Assembly (NCBI GenBank): GCA_001687465.1
Contig: LVLI01000087.1
Location: 1-35,105 of the forward strand
Origin: Halocafeteria seosinensis
Taxonomy: Eukaryota
Direction of reading: 5' to 3'
DNA length: 35,105 bases
The notes under the pieces: generated by a model
What the model saw: the letters and a program-made list of their open reading frames with translations, nothing else
Databases searched by the model: none
Told to the model about the DNA's origin: nothing
Shown: positions 10,958-20,518 of the stretch, piece by piece
How positions within the stretch are numbered: the stretch's first letter is position 1
How the letters are laid out: the number at the start of each line of letters is the position of its first letter
Translations under genes and position numbers: made by a program

Positions 10958-11788
10958 ATGTCCCGCGCTTCTGAATCCAATAAAGTACGATTGTTAGTAA
11001 ATAGCGAACTAGATAGAAGACCTGAAGACTCTCGCGACAATTTTAAAGTTTTCTTGTCCGAACCCTTGGAGCACCACCGCAATACCATCAAAATGGCATT
11101 ACGAAAAATTTCAGTGCCGAATTTGGCGTATACCTTCCATAAAAATGAATCTACCCTATATTACATTACCGATGTTGGAGGTGGGAGCGAAACTTTAAAA
11201 TCAATCGTTATTGACACTGGACGAAAGTTTAATTCTATTTCTGATTTATCAGACCACTTGGAGAATTTGTTTAACAATAATGGAGATAGTATATTAGTAG
11301 ATGTAGACCAAGACACTGATAAGTTAGAAATAACCAACGATACCAGTAGTGATATTCGTATTGTTTCAGGTTTTATATATGAAACTAATGTTCTAAATAC
11401 CCAACTTACCGATCACGCCAATTCTAAGCTTGGATTTCATCAGGATTTAACAAACGAGGTTTTATCTCCCTCAGAGTCGGTTATTGGTTCAGGAATCCCT
11501 AAATTAATCTCAACCGTTGTCTATCACATAGCCTCTACTCAGCTTATGTCAAATAGAATCACGAGAACACCTAACCCTAACACAAAACCCCACGTTTTGG
11601 CGACACTTTTGAACACAGTTTCCTTCGGTGATATTAATGCGGTTAGACTAGGAGAATCAGAGTTGTTTATACTTGAATACGAGAATTCCATTGATAGTTT
11701 TGATATAAAAATTTTAGACGACCAATTCCGAGAAGTTAGCCTAAATGGTGGCGAGATTAATTTAGAATTCGAGTTGTGGTGGTCATAA
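10958..11788 (+). CDS. Minor capsid protein (penton, single jelly roll)
   Basis: N-terminal LLVNS...NFKVFLSEPL...MALRKISVPN and C-terminal IDSFDIKILDDQFREVSLNGGEINLEFEL match the penton pattern of Polintons, PLVs and virophages. Confidence 0.85.
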   Translation: MSRASESNKVRLLVNSELDRRPEDSRDNFKVFLSEPLEHHRNTIKMALRKISVPNLAYTFHKNESTLYYITDVGGGSETLKSIVIDTGRKFNSISDLSDHLENLFNNNGDSILVDVDQDTDKLEITNDTSSDIRIVSGFIYETNVLNTQLTDHANSKLGFHQDLTNEVLSPSESVIGSGIPKLISTVVYHIASTQLMSNRITRTPNPNTKPHVLATLLNTVSFGDINAVRLGESELFILEYENSIDSFDIKILDDQFREVSLNGGEINLEFELWWS

Positions 11789-11841
11789 AAAATTAGAGTT
11801 TGATACAACTTTTTAAAGAATATTTAAAATAATCTTTAAAT

Positions 11842-12270
11842 TTAGTCACTCACGTACTGACTCTCATCAATTTCCTCCACATTTTCTAGGTTAGAGTCAT
11901 CCAAGATTTCAGAACTTTTAATTTTTTCTCCTTCTAGCTTATTTGGGTCTTCAATATTTTTAAGACCATAAAGACAATAACGAATTATATCCTTTTTTTC
12001 TCCCTCTTCCATTTGTTTAAAGAGATACCCTAAATAGTCTTGTTTATTTTGTTTCAACCAGCGGAAAGAATAACCTTTATGTTTCCCATACGTAATTTTC
12101 CTGAAATCAATGTCATAGAACCGACGGAAGAATTCTTTGAATAACTCAAGGTTTTGAATTTTAAAATTATCATCGGCTTTAGTTAGGAGGAAATAGATAT
12201 AATTAGGNTTAGTGTTAATGACTTTATCAACGGTATCGTTTGAATGTTTTTGACCAATGTTAATTTTCAT
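11842..12270 (-). CDS. Hypothetical protein with two 'GK(H/Y)KG..F....Y' type motifs (DUF3820/ExoX C-terminal-like)
   Basis: INIGQKHSN...PNYIYFL and ITYGKHKGYSFRWLKQNKQDYLGYL. Confidence 0.55.
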   Translation of the reverse strand: MKINIGQKHSNDTVDKVINTXPNYIYFLLTKADDNFKIQNLELFKEFFRRFYDIDFRKITYGKHKGYSFRWLKQNKQDYLGYLFKQMEEGEKKDIIRYCLYGLKNIEDPNKLEGEKIKSSEILDDSNLENVEEIDESQYVSD

Positions 12271-12334
12271 TATTTTTGATATAATAATAAGAGTTTAATT
12301 TTCTCTAAGCTGAAAATTAAACGATTATGAATAA

Positions 12335-12826
12335 TTATGACATAAAATAGTTTAAGGGATTAACGTTATTGTCTTTTAAATTTTTTTCATTTATTAGTTC
12401 TCGTTGAATTTCTTCACGAATTGAGGAAATAGTATCACCGAAACTATCAATTATTTTACGAACTTTTTTATTTTCTAGAGTTTCTTTTTTACTTGTAAAA
12501 TGCGTAAAAAGACCTTGAGGAGTAAAATAGCAAATAGAAGGGAAGTTAGGTTCAAAAAATAATTGAATATCACCTAAGAAACTAATAAAATTATTTATAC
12601 TCATTTCTTCAATCTCTTTTTCAGGTTTTCTTATTTCCTCTATTTTTTCACTCCATTCTTCTAAATGATCTTCAGAGTGAAACTGATAAGCAAATATTAA
12701 TAAATTTTTGATATAGTGTGGTGGGTTGAAGACTATAATATTATATTCTTGACTATAAACGAAACCAGCGTTCATTAAAAGTTTATCTATGATTTTTTCG
12801 CTTTGTTTAATCTCTTTGTTATTCAT
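12335..12826 (-). CDS. Hypothetical protein
   Basis: 163-aa ORF in AT-rich DNA with TATAGAAAAAATG start context. Confidence 0.7.
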   Translation of the reverse strand: MNNKEIKQSEKIIDKLLMNAGFVYSQEYNIIVFNPPHYIKNLLIFAYQFHSEDHLEEWSEKIEEIRKPEKEIEEMSINNFISFLGDIQLFFEPNFPSICYFTPQGLFTHFTSKKETLENKKVRKIIDSFGDTISSIREEIQRELINEKNLKDNNVNPLNYFMS

Positions 12827-12877
12827 TTTTTCTATAATTAATCTATAGAAAAAAAATTCTTTAACTCAAACTTTTAT

Positions 12878-13054
12878 TTACTTTAGGGTTGTCTTAGTAT
12901 ATTTCCTAATTACACCTGATAAATGCGGATGCCTCAATCGTATATGTCTTGTGATAGATTTAGGGTGAAGAGCCTTGTTACAAAATTGACAATTACTTTT
13001 GGGTGTTGCTTGTTTAGCTTCTACTCTTTCTAATTCTTCTTTTGAACCACTCAT
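12878..13054 (-). CDS. Small C2H2 zinc-finger protein, copy B (58 aa, not in ORF track)
   Basis: MSGSKEELERVEAKQATPKSNCQFCNKALHPKSITRHIRLRHPHLSGVIRKYTKTTLK; paralog of 13151-13345. Confidence 0.8.
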   Translation of the reverse strand: MSGSKEELERVEAKQATPKSNCQFCNKALHPKSITRHIRLRHPHLSGVIRKYTKTTLK

Positions 13055-13150
13055 TTCTTTCTATAATATATAGTAACTAAAAAGCTCTAAGTAAAAAATC
13101 TATGATTTTTCTATAATTAATCTATAGAAAAAATTCTTAAACTCAAACTT

Positions 13151-13345
13151 TTAATTGATTTTAGTTAAATCTTTTAGGACTGTATTTGCATATTTCCTGA
13201 TTGCGTCAGATAAATGAGGATGCTTCATTCTAATATGTCTTGCAATAGATTTAGGGTGAAGAGATTTATTACAGAATTGACAATTTGTTTTTGGTGCTTC
13301 TTGTTTAGCTTCTTGTCTTTCTAATTCTTCTTTACTTCCAGACAT
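13151..13345 (-). CDS. Small C2H2 zinc-finger protein, copy A
   Basis: CQFC..SLHPKSIARHIRMKH (CxxC...HxxxxH). Confidence 0.8.
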   Translation of the reverse strand: MSGSKEELERQEAKQEAPKTNCQFCNKSLHPKSIARHIRMKHPHLSDAIRKYANTVLKDLTKIN

Positions 13346-13409
13346 TTTATTTATAATATATAGTAACTAAAAAGCTCTAAGTAACAAATTTAACGATTTA
13401 TGTTAATTA

Positions 13410-14231
13410 TTAATTAGGACGAGGAACAGCCCGAACTCCACCACTTGGTTTAAGACTAAACGTTTGCTGTTCATCATCATCATCGTCACCCTCATTCAGA
13501 AAACTTTCAAAAACTTCTAGCTTATGATTTTTGATGAGATTCTTCTCTTTAACCGGTAATGTTTTAATAGTAAAGAAAGTTGCTAAAGCTGGAATAGAAA
13601 CCGGATCACGTTTCGTTCTATAAATCGTGACTATATTTCTGAGACGACTGCTAAAAAGACTTTGAAGGATAGATTCAAAATTAGAAGCAGGATTAATAGC
13701 GTAAACACGGTCAACATTATTTTTATTTGTAGCAATAAATATACCCACGGCTGAGCCCAATGAGTGTCCCACAACTGAAATTTCAGAAGGATTAGTTGCG
13801 CTCACTATTTGATTAAACTGGCTTAAATTTCGTTGAAAACGTTGAGTGAAAAATTCCGGTTGAAAACTAGCAAATTGAATATCAGTTCCTACATCTTCAG
13901 CGTTTGCCGTTCCGCGAACAGCAACAAACAAATGATTAGAATCATCTAGATAAACAGCTAACTCATCAGTTGAGAAATTAGGAATAAGTTTAAAACCATC
14001 TACGTTTTCAGCTCTTTCATTTTGTGGACGATAAGCTTGATTCTCGAGTTTCATCGCAGTTTGTTCTATTGGACTTAATTCATCTACGGTATTTCGCTCA
14101 AAATTAAAGGTAGATTGTAAATCCTGACCAATTTTTTTAATACCTTGTCCACGATTCCCGAGCTGTCCAATAGGGTCACCACCTAGCCGAGCAATATCAC
14201 TTGCTAAACCTCCAATCTTTTTTAAGCTCAT
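13410..14231 (-). CDS. Class 3 lipase / alpha-beta hydrolase
   Basis: VAVRGT oxyanion region, GHSLG nucleophile elbow, DPVS acid and NHKL histidine. Confidence 0.9.
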   Translation of the reverse strand: MSLKKIGGLASDIARLGGDPIGQLGNRGQGIKKIGQDLQSTFNFERNTVDELSPIEQTAMKLENQAYRPQNERAENVDGFKLIPNFSTDELAVYLDDSNHLFVAVRGTANAEDVGTDIQFASFQPEFFTQRFQRNLSQFNQIVSATNPSEISVVGHSLGSAVGIFIATNKNNVDRVYAINPASNFESILQSLFSSRLRNIVTIYRTKRDPVSIPALATFFTIKTLPVKEKNLIKNHKLEVFESFLNEGDDDDDEQQTFSLKPSGGVRAVPRPN

Positions 14232-14242
14232 TTGTCTATATA

Positions 14243-14275
14243 ATAGATGGTTTCTTTAAAAAAGAAACCATCTAT
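14243..14275. terminator. Perfect 15-bp intergenic hairpin
   Basis: ATAGATGGTTTCTTT-AAA-AAAGAAACCATCTAT between the stop of the Q/P-rich gene and the lipase start. Terminator role is inferred. Confidence 0.6.
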
Positions 14276-14299
14276 ACAACTTCAAAGAAAATTTATTTC

Positions 14300-15286
14300 T
14301 CAACTTTTGAAAAATGATAGAGGATTAATCGGCTGAGGCTTCTGAGGTTTAGCAGGAGCAGGACCAGGAGCAGGATTTTGCTTTCCTCCTCCTTTAGCTT
14401 TCGCTTTAGGTTGAGCAGATGACTGTTTGAAACCAAGGCTTGAAATCACATCAGTGGTTTGTAAATTGGGGTCGGGGGCAGAAGGCATAAGTCTAGTTGT
14501 TTGAGGAATATTTTGAGGAACCGCGTAAGGATTAGGTGGTGGGTCAAAACTCATATAATTTTCTTCCGGTTGATAGTATACTGGTTGCTGTGGTTGTGGT
14601 TGTTGATAGTATCGATTATCTATGACGTTTCCACGTTGTTGAGGCTCTAGATAATTTATTTGAGGTTGAGGTGGGTTTTGAGGAAAATATTGTTGCTGTG
14701 GGAGATATAGTTGAGTATCAGCTAAAGTTTGCTGAGGAGGATATTGACCAGTTGTTTGAATTTGTGGATTTTGCTGTGGTTGAGCTTGTTGTTGAGGTTG
14801 TCCTTGATTCTGCTCGTGGAAACGTACTTGTTTTTGTGGTGTTTCTTGTGCTTGATTTTGTGGTTGATTTTGTGGTTGATTCTGCTTCTGCTTATTTTTC
14901 TGATGATTAGGGTTAGCTTCTTTCATTTTTTCAATTGCTTGTCGTCGGGCTTCAGTCATTTTTCTCTTATACTGTTTCGGTTGAGGTTTCTGAGTCTCTT
15001 CTTGTGCTTGCTCTGTCGCTTGAGATTCCCGTGGATTTTGGCTTGTAGCTGATGAAACAGGGTTCGAGGCAACGCTGTTCGCTTGTTGCTGTCTTAGTCT
15101 ATAATATTCGTCTAGCTGTTCCGGTGTAAGGGAGAGAGAATAAAACCTTGATTTTGCTTTACTTTTAGATTTTTTAGCGGGTTTCCTAGGTCGTCTTTCT
15201 TCTCCTGATTCGGTAGAAGAATCGGTTGATTCACTTTCACTTTCTTCTAAGTGTCGGTTGAGTTCGTTGATGTCTAAACTACTCAT
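14300..15286 (-). CDS. Gln/Pro-rich low-complexity protein
   Basis: 328-aa ORF with basic patches (RRPRKPAKKSKSK, KRKMTEARRQAIEKMK) and QPQNQ repeats. Confidence 0.8.
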   Translation of the reverse strand: MSSLDINELNRHLEESESESTDSSTESGEERRPRKPAKKSKSKAKSRFYSLSLTPEQLDEYYRLRQQQANSVASNPVSSATSQNPRESQATEQAQEETQKPQPKQYKRKMTEARRQAIEKMKEANPNHQKNKQKQNQPQNQPQNQAQETPQKQVRFHEQNQGQPQQQAQPQQNPQIQTTGQYPPQQTLADTQLYLPQQQYFPQNPPQPQINYLEPQQRGNVIDNRYYQQPQPQQPVYYQPEENYMSFDPPPNPYAVPQNIPQTTRLMPSAPDPNLQTTDVISSLGFKQSSAQPKAKAKGGGKQNPAPGPAPAKPQKPQPINPLSFFKS

Positions 15287-15386
15287 TTTATTTACTATAA
15301 TTTACAATTAATTTTTACAATAGTACGATTTCGTAAAACAATATTGTAACATTGTAAANNGTAAAAANTAAGNATATTATATATTA

Positions 15387-15668
15387 ATGAAAAAAGCAAT
15401 GATAATTACGTTTGGAATTCTCGGAGCAGTAGGAGTTTACCACCTTCTTCAGAAATATCCGCAGAGGTTCAGAGATTTTATACCATTTTATCAAGAACAA
15501 GCAGAAGAAGAGAATATACCTCTTGAACTCAAAAATAAAGTGGAAGGAATGGGGGAGAGAATACCGGATGATGTACTGGAGAAAATGTTTATAAATTACA
15601 ATAATCATCATAAACATCATAAAATTAACTATGAAGATATAGATAAAAATGCCAGCTTCAACGCTTAA
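15387..15668 (+). CDS. Small protein with N-terminal hydrophobic anchor
   Basis: MKKAMIITFGILGAVGVYHLL followed by a charged domain. Confidence 0.65.
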   Translation: MKKAMIITFGILGAVGVYHLLQKYPQRFRDFIPFYQEQAEEENIPLELKNKVEGMGERIPDDVLEKMFINYNNHHKHHKINYEDIDKNASFNA

Positions 15669-15795
15669 CTTCTTCAAAACCTCTGACCAACGACAACGAG
15701 CCGGATATAAGCGGTTTAACCGCAAGATGTTCAACATCGTGTCAACCCTTGATCCAACATTTATTAATTTGGGGAAAGGAGCACAGAGAATATAG
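15649..15795 (+). CDS. Small basic 48-aa protein (not in ORF track)
   Basis: MPASTLNFFKTSDQRQRAGYKRFNRKMFNIVSTLDPTFINLGKGAQRI, preceded by TATAGATAAAAATG. Confidence 0.5.
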   Translation: MPASTLNFFKTSDQRQRAGYKRFNRKMFNIVSTLDPTFINLGKGAQRI

Positions 15796-15855
15796 TTTTA
15801 GTAACTAATTAAAAAATTGACTTAGAAATATTTTCTTGTATAGAGTTATAAGAAA

Positions 15856-16368
15856 ATGAATAACTCTAATGTTAGAAACTGGAAACGAGTTAAGGACTAT
15901 GAACAGTATTTAGTCAGTGATGACGGGCTGGTTTTTTCGATGAAATATCAAAAATATATGAAACAAAGAATACAAAATGATAACTATCATACAATTGGTT
16001 TAAGAAAACAAGGGAAACAAAAACAATTTTTTATTTCTCGCCTTGTTTTCTGTACGTTGAACGAATTTGATTATTTTGATAAATCTTTTCAGATAGATCA
16101 TATCAATCGTGATAAATCAGATAATTGTTTAGAAAATTTAAGAAAAGTTTCACGATCTCAGAACAAATTAAACACTAATTTGTATAAGAATAATACCACA
16201 AACTTTAAAGGAATTACTTGGTGTAAAAAACACAATAAATGGGTCGTTCGTCTTACGGTTTCTGAAGGTAACCAAAAATCTTTTGGTTATTTTAAGAATT
16301 TGGAAGACGCAGTTATTAAACGTGACCAAGTCCTTAAAGAAACACGAGATGGAATTAACTACATTTAG
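15856..16368 (+). CDS. NUMOD4-HNH-AP2 homing endonuclease
   Basis: WKRVKDYEQYLVSDDG (NUMOD4), IDHINRDKSDNCLENLR (HNH), NFKGITW..KWVVRL..FGYF (AP2-like). Confidence 0.9.
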   Translation: MNNSNVRNWKRVKDYEQYLVSDDGLVFSMKYQKYMKQRIQNDNYHTIGLRKQGKQKQFFISRLVFCTLNEFDYFDKSFQIDHINRDKSDNCLENLRKVSRSQNKLNTNLYKNNTTNFKGITWCKKHNKWVVRLTVSEGNQKSFGYFKNLEDAVIKRDQVLKETRDGINYI

Positions 16369-16436
16369 TCTTAAATAATTACTTTCAAAAAAGTAATTAT
16401 CAATCAAAAATTTTCTACTAATTATAGAAATAAATA

Positions 16437-17912
16437 ATGGCACAAAATCCAGAACAGACAGATAGCGTACAGAACGCCAGAGCACCTCCGGCAACTATAT
16501 CTAGAACTCCAAATCAACTGTCAGATACTTCTCAAAACTTCTACTTCGATCCTAAGCTATGTCAGGAAAACTTCCAGATTTTAGATGATATTAATTCACG
16601 CGAAACAATTAGGACAGTTCCGCAAGCTGGTCGTGGACCTTATAAAGAGGGAGACGAAGTTTTGTTTAATTTACAATCTTCAGCTTCTCTTCTGGATCGT
16701 CAACAGACAAACATTAGGATGAAGATAAGAAATACAAGTAACTTGGATGGAGATGATAATCCATCATACGTTCTTTCAGATGGTGCTAATGTTCTTTTGG
16801 ATAATATGGAGCTGGAGTTAGGTGACCAAGTGGCAGAAAAAATTGAAGATGGAGCACGATATTTTCAACATTTAATTTTAGGGACTGTCAATCAAGGATG
16901 GTACGACCACGAAGCAAACGCACTAATGAGGAGTTGGAAATACCGAAGCTTTGCTAATAAATATGAAGTAAGGGTAGATGGTAACAGTGGTAATTGGAAA
17001 AATTTAGTTGGAAATGTTACTGTCGATGCTGATAAAAAATTAGAATTACGTGACCGTGATTTATTCCAATTTTCAGCAGATGAAATAGAATCAAACCCAC
17101 CCGGTAAATCTTTTTGGGTTATTGTTCACCCTGATAACTTAAGTTATTTCCGAGGTTCACGATTTGCTCCTCTATTTGTCAATAACACATTAAGAATTAA
17201 ACTACCCGAGGCTAAAAAGATTATGGAACCAAATTTAAACGCAAGTACAAGTGGAAACCCTAGCTATCAAATTGACAGTATTGAATTAATGGCTGAGCAC
17301 GTCTTCCCCTCATCAGAGCTTCTAAACAGTGTTCACGAAAGAATTTGTCGTTCTCCCTCTGGTTTAAGTATGGTTCTACCCAATTCTGCAGACTTATACC
17401 GAAGAGAATTAGGAAATCAAACACAACATAATATCACTATTTCGGCTAGTTATTCCAATATTCAAGGATTAGTTATGATGGTTTTCGACAAAGACATTGG
17501 TGAAAGCGTGGATAATATTGGGGAATGTCCTCTTCCTTCTTTAGAAAGTTATACTGTTTCTATCCAGACTCACGAACTGGGAACACGTGGTGGAGTCTTC
17601 ACCCTCCCCGAAGCCTATGCTAATTATAGAAAACACTATAACTTCTTATCTGATGTTTCTGGGCAAGGAATGTTAGACTATGAACGTTTTCAATTTAATC
17701 ATACTATTATGGCTGTTAACACTGATTTGCTTCCACACGCTCCACCTGAAGTTCTACAGAATAGCCTTTCAACCAATGATCGAGGGTCTCAGATTAATAT
17801 TGAACTGAATAATTCAGTTGCTGGAGAAACAAATAATAAACGACTGTATATTTGGGTAATCCACAAAAGAATCGCTCATTTAAGTAACGGAATGTCAAAA
17901 ATTGGAATCTAG
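16437..17912 (+). CDS. Putative double jelly-roll major capsid protein
   Basis: 491 aa, beta-rich. GDEVLFNL...LLDRQQTNIRMKI...LLDNMELELGDQVAEKIED resembles PLV MCP N-termini. Heads the structural gene block upstream of the ATPase. Confidence 0.75.
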   Translation: MAQNPEQTDSVQNARAPPATISRTPNQLSDTSQNFYFDPKLCQENFQILDDINSRETIRTVPQAGRGPYKEGDEVLFNLQSSASLLDRQQTNIRMKIRNTSNLDGDDNPSYVLSDGANVLLDNMELELGDQVAEKIEDGARYFQHLILGTVNQGWYDHEANALMRSWKYRSFANKYEVRVDGNSGNWKNLVGNVTVDADKKLELRDRDLFQFSADEIESNPPGKSFWVIVHPDNLSYFRGSRFAPLFVNNTLRIKLPEAKKIMEPNLNASTSGNPSYQIDSIELMAEHVFPSSELLNSVHERICRSPSGLSMVLPNSADLYRRELGNQTQHNITISASYSNIQGLVMMVFDKDIGESVDNIGECPLPSLESYTVSIQTHELGTRGGVFTLPEAYANYRKHYNFLSDVSGQGMLDYERFQFNHTIMAVNTDLLPHAPPEVLQNSLSTNDRGSQINIELNNSVAGETNNKRLYIWVIHKRIAHLSNGMSKIGI

Positions 17913-17953
17913 TTACTTTAACCGTATCTATCGGTTGTGTAAATAATTAAGTT

Positions 17954-18028
17954 AGCTCAATGACGCCTCGGTCATTGTAGCGTCAGACTACAAGCTTAAA
18001 ACCACGCAAAGGCTACAAGCGAGATTAA
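17954..18028 (+). repeat. Structured intergenic element, copy 1
   Basis: AGCTCAATGACGCCTCGGTCATTGTAGCGTCAGACTACAAGCTTAAAACCACGCAAAGGCTACAAGCGAGATTAA; near-identical to copies at 19561 and 25602. Confidence 0.9.
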
Positions 18029-18061
18029 TCATTAAAATTTATCTTTACATTATAAAGATAA

Positions 18062-19558
18062 ATGAAAGGTTTCGCACAAACATTTCCCTTAAACAGTTCG
18101 TCGGGTAATATGAATTTTGTTTTTTCTCCACGACAAAATACCCCCAATCGTCCAAGTGTTTCTCAAGTTCCTATTTATCAAGATTTTCCCGTGGAAGGAA
18201 TTAAAGAATCGGCTGACCCTTATTATAAAGAGAGAAATCTTCCCCCTTATATTTTTGGTGCTGGAGTTATCCACGAGCCTCAAGATAAATATGTCAAACC
18301 TCTGAATGGAGGAAATCGGGCACCGCCTCCCATCAATTACAACAGATTAACCATTGGTCGTAATCTAATGAAACGTGGTGTTGATAGACCTGCGGTTATT
18401 GCGGATGAAGAAGAGAAGAGGGTAAATGTCCCCAATTACTTTAAGAAATATGGAGTTCGTAAACCTCCTATGTCACAACTACAAAGAACCTTTCTTGAAC
18501 AACAAGTTAATAGTTATCAGAGTCAAGAACCAGAACGAGCACGTCAAAGTCTTTTACAGGAAATGAAAGCCCGCGGGATTTTCCGACCCGAAATGAATCA
18601 GTGGCCGTTTATGGCTCTGAAAGAAGAAGTTCAAAAGTTTGGTGGAAAAGGTGGTTTTGCCGATAATCCTTTTGAAAGTGATGATGTATTTGCTGGAATT
18701 CTTCAACGATTCAATACAGCAAAACAGGAGAGTAATACCGGTGTTCAAAAAGATATTAATGAACTTCGTCAAGAACTGGGTAAACTCAACCAGAATATTC
18801 AACAAGAAGAAGAAGAACGTCAACGACGTGTGGAAGAAGATTTTAGACGACGACAAGAGCAAAACGAATTAAATTCTAATTTTAACGCTCCATCACCCCT
18901 AGGTGATTCCCCCCTTCCTAATTTTACAAATGGTTTAAATCAAACTAACCAATCTGTTATTAGACCACAACCTGACCGAGTATCACAAGAAGAAACGGGT
19001 GCGCACGGTATGGGTGTTAGTGATAATTTTTTGAGTGACCAACGAATACATATAGGTAGTCAAAATAATGCTTCAGCCTTCAAACCTGTTAATCAATCAA
19101 TTGGTCAAGGACAATTTTCCGGAGCTCCTCCAGAAGCATCAGCAACAGGAAGCGGTGGAAATGTAGTTGAGGAAGGGCAGGAAGAACGAGAAAGAGAAAG
19201 TGTATCATCATTAGATGATGAAAAACTGAAAAAATTGAACGAGAAAAATATTGAAGGTTTAGATAGAGTTCCACCTACTTCTGTTGCTGAAATTTTAAAC
19301 AAAACGCAATCCAGTAAGGTTAGAATCGAACCAGCATCAATAGAACCGGTAGAAGTTCCTACTGGTCAACGTAAAGCTTTTAATATTGTTGTTAATAAAG
19401 AATCAGAAGAAGGTGAGCCAAACCCAATAAGATCTATATACTGGGTTGATCCCTCTACTGGAAAAATTTATCCTAGTGCTAACAGTAAAAAACAGTCAAC
19501 TGCTAAATGGACAAAAGGAGAAATCGGTACAAAACTCAAACGAAAAGCTACAACTTAG
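18062..19558 (+). CDS. Hypothetical protein with central coiled coil, possibly a virion core protein
   Basis: 498-aa ORF between MCP and ATPase; INELRQELGKLNQNIQQEEEERQRR coiled coil. Confidence 0.75.
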   Translation: MKGFAQTFPLNSSSGNMNFVFSPRQNTPNRPSVSQVPIYQDFPVEGIKESADPYYKERNLPPYIFGAGVIHEPQDKYVKPLNGGNRAPPPINYNRLTIGRNLMKRGVDRPAVIADEEEKRVNVPNYFKKYGVRKPPMSQLQRTFLEQQVNSYQSQEPERARQSLLQEMKARGIFRPEMNQWPFMALKEEVQKFGGKGGFADNPFESDDVFAGILQRFNTAKQESNTGVQKDINELRQELGKLNQNIQQEEEERQRRVEEDFRRRQEQNELNSNFNAPSPLGDSPLPNFTNGLNQTNQSVIRPQPDRVSQEETGAHGMGVSDNFLSDQRIHIGSQNNASAFKPVNQSIGQGQFSGAPPEASATGSGGNVVEEGQEERERESVSSLDDEKLKKLNEKNIEGLDRVPPTSVAEILNKTQSSKVRIEPASIEPVEVPTGQRKAFNIVVNKESEEGEPNPIRSIYWVDPSTGKIYPSANSKKQSTAKWTKGEIGTKLKRKATT

Positions 19559-19560
19559 AA

Positions 19561-19635
19561 AGCTCAATGACGCCTCGGTCATTGTAGCGTCAGACTACAA
19601 GCTTAAAACCTCGCAATAGCTACAAGCGAGATTAA
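19561..19635 (+). repeat. Structured intergenic element, copy 2
   Basis: First 50 nt identical to copy 1; starts just after the upstream stop at 19558. Confidence 0.9.
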
Positions 19636-19675
19636 TTTACCTTTTAAATTAATCTATAGAATATAAGTAGATAAT

Positions 19676-20518
19676 ATGCCTTTAGAATTTGATTTGTTTT
19701 CAGGAAAACAAGGTGAAGTCCAAGAAGAGAAGAAGATTCCGGAAGAACTTCATTTCCCCTTTCGTTTTTGTATCGTAGGAAGTACCGGCACGGGTAAAAC
19801 CAACCTAATTAAAAATTTCATTTATAAACATTATAAAGATGTCTTGGACAAAGTTTTCTATTTCTCCGCCAAAACCAAAACCTTGAATCAAATTAAAGAA
19901 CAGCACGAGAAATCAAGCCCTAGTTTTGATTTGGAATTGTTTAGGAGTTTTGACGACTCTAGAGTGAAGCAATTGGTCGACCAAGAAGATGAGGCTGACA
20001 ACTCAGCGTTGTTTGTCTTTGATGATATGTTAAGCAAGAATGTCCTGAGTAAACAAAAGAACAATAGTATTGACCAGATTCTTCAAAATGGACGAGAAGC
20101 CGGTATGTCGGCTATAATTTCAGCTCAACGTTACGCAGATTTAAACCCAAATGCCAGAAGGGACAACTGCTCAGCTCTGATTCTTCTTGAGAGTCTTGGA
20201 GATAGTGAGATAAAACGTATCGTGGATGAGCAAAAAATCAACGTGACAAAAGAGAAACTAAAAAAATTAATGTCTGAACACACTGGAGGTGAAGACCATA
20301 AATTTTTGGTTATAGATTTCACGGAGCCAATCCAAGAAAGATTTAAAGATTCTACATTTGAAAAAATAGACTTGAATGAGGATAATCACGAAGTCATCAG
20401 AGGGAAAAAACCTAGAGAATTCAAAAATAAAGCTAAAGTAAAGAGAAAAAGCAAATGTCTGATAAAGAAGATGGTAAAAAATCATCCCGTAAATCCTGCG
20501 GAAAAAATATTGAATTAA
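19676..20518 (+). CDS. A32/FtsK-HerA family genome packaging ATPase
   Basis: Walker A GSTGTGKT, Walker B LFVFDD, and NGREAGMSAIISAQRY (A32-type GR..Q motif). Confidence 0.92.
   Translation: MPLEFDLFSGKQGEVQEEKKIPEELHFPFRFCIVGSTGTGKTNLIKNFIYKHYKDVLDKVFYFSAKTKTLNQIKEQHEKSSPSFDLELFRSFDDSRVKQLVDQEDEADNSALFVFDDMLSKNVLSKQKNNSIDQILQNGREAGMSAIISAQRYADLNPNARRDNCSALILLESLGDSEIKRIVDEQKINVTKEKLKKLMSEHTGGEDHKFLVIDFTEPIQERFKDSTFEKIDLNEDNHEVIRGKKPREFKNKAKVKRKSKCLIKKMVKNHPVNPAEKILN

Noticed and set aside
14671..15052. Hydrophobic plus-strand ORFs of 79 and 107 aa
   Set aside because: Antisense shadows of the Q/P-rich gene's repeats.
17954..18028. Assignment of the structured repeat to hammerhead, twister or pistol ribozymes
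   Set aside because: Only partial resemblances (CTGACG on the minus strand, TACAAGC); full catalytic cores could not be matched by eye.
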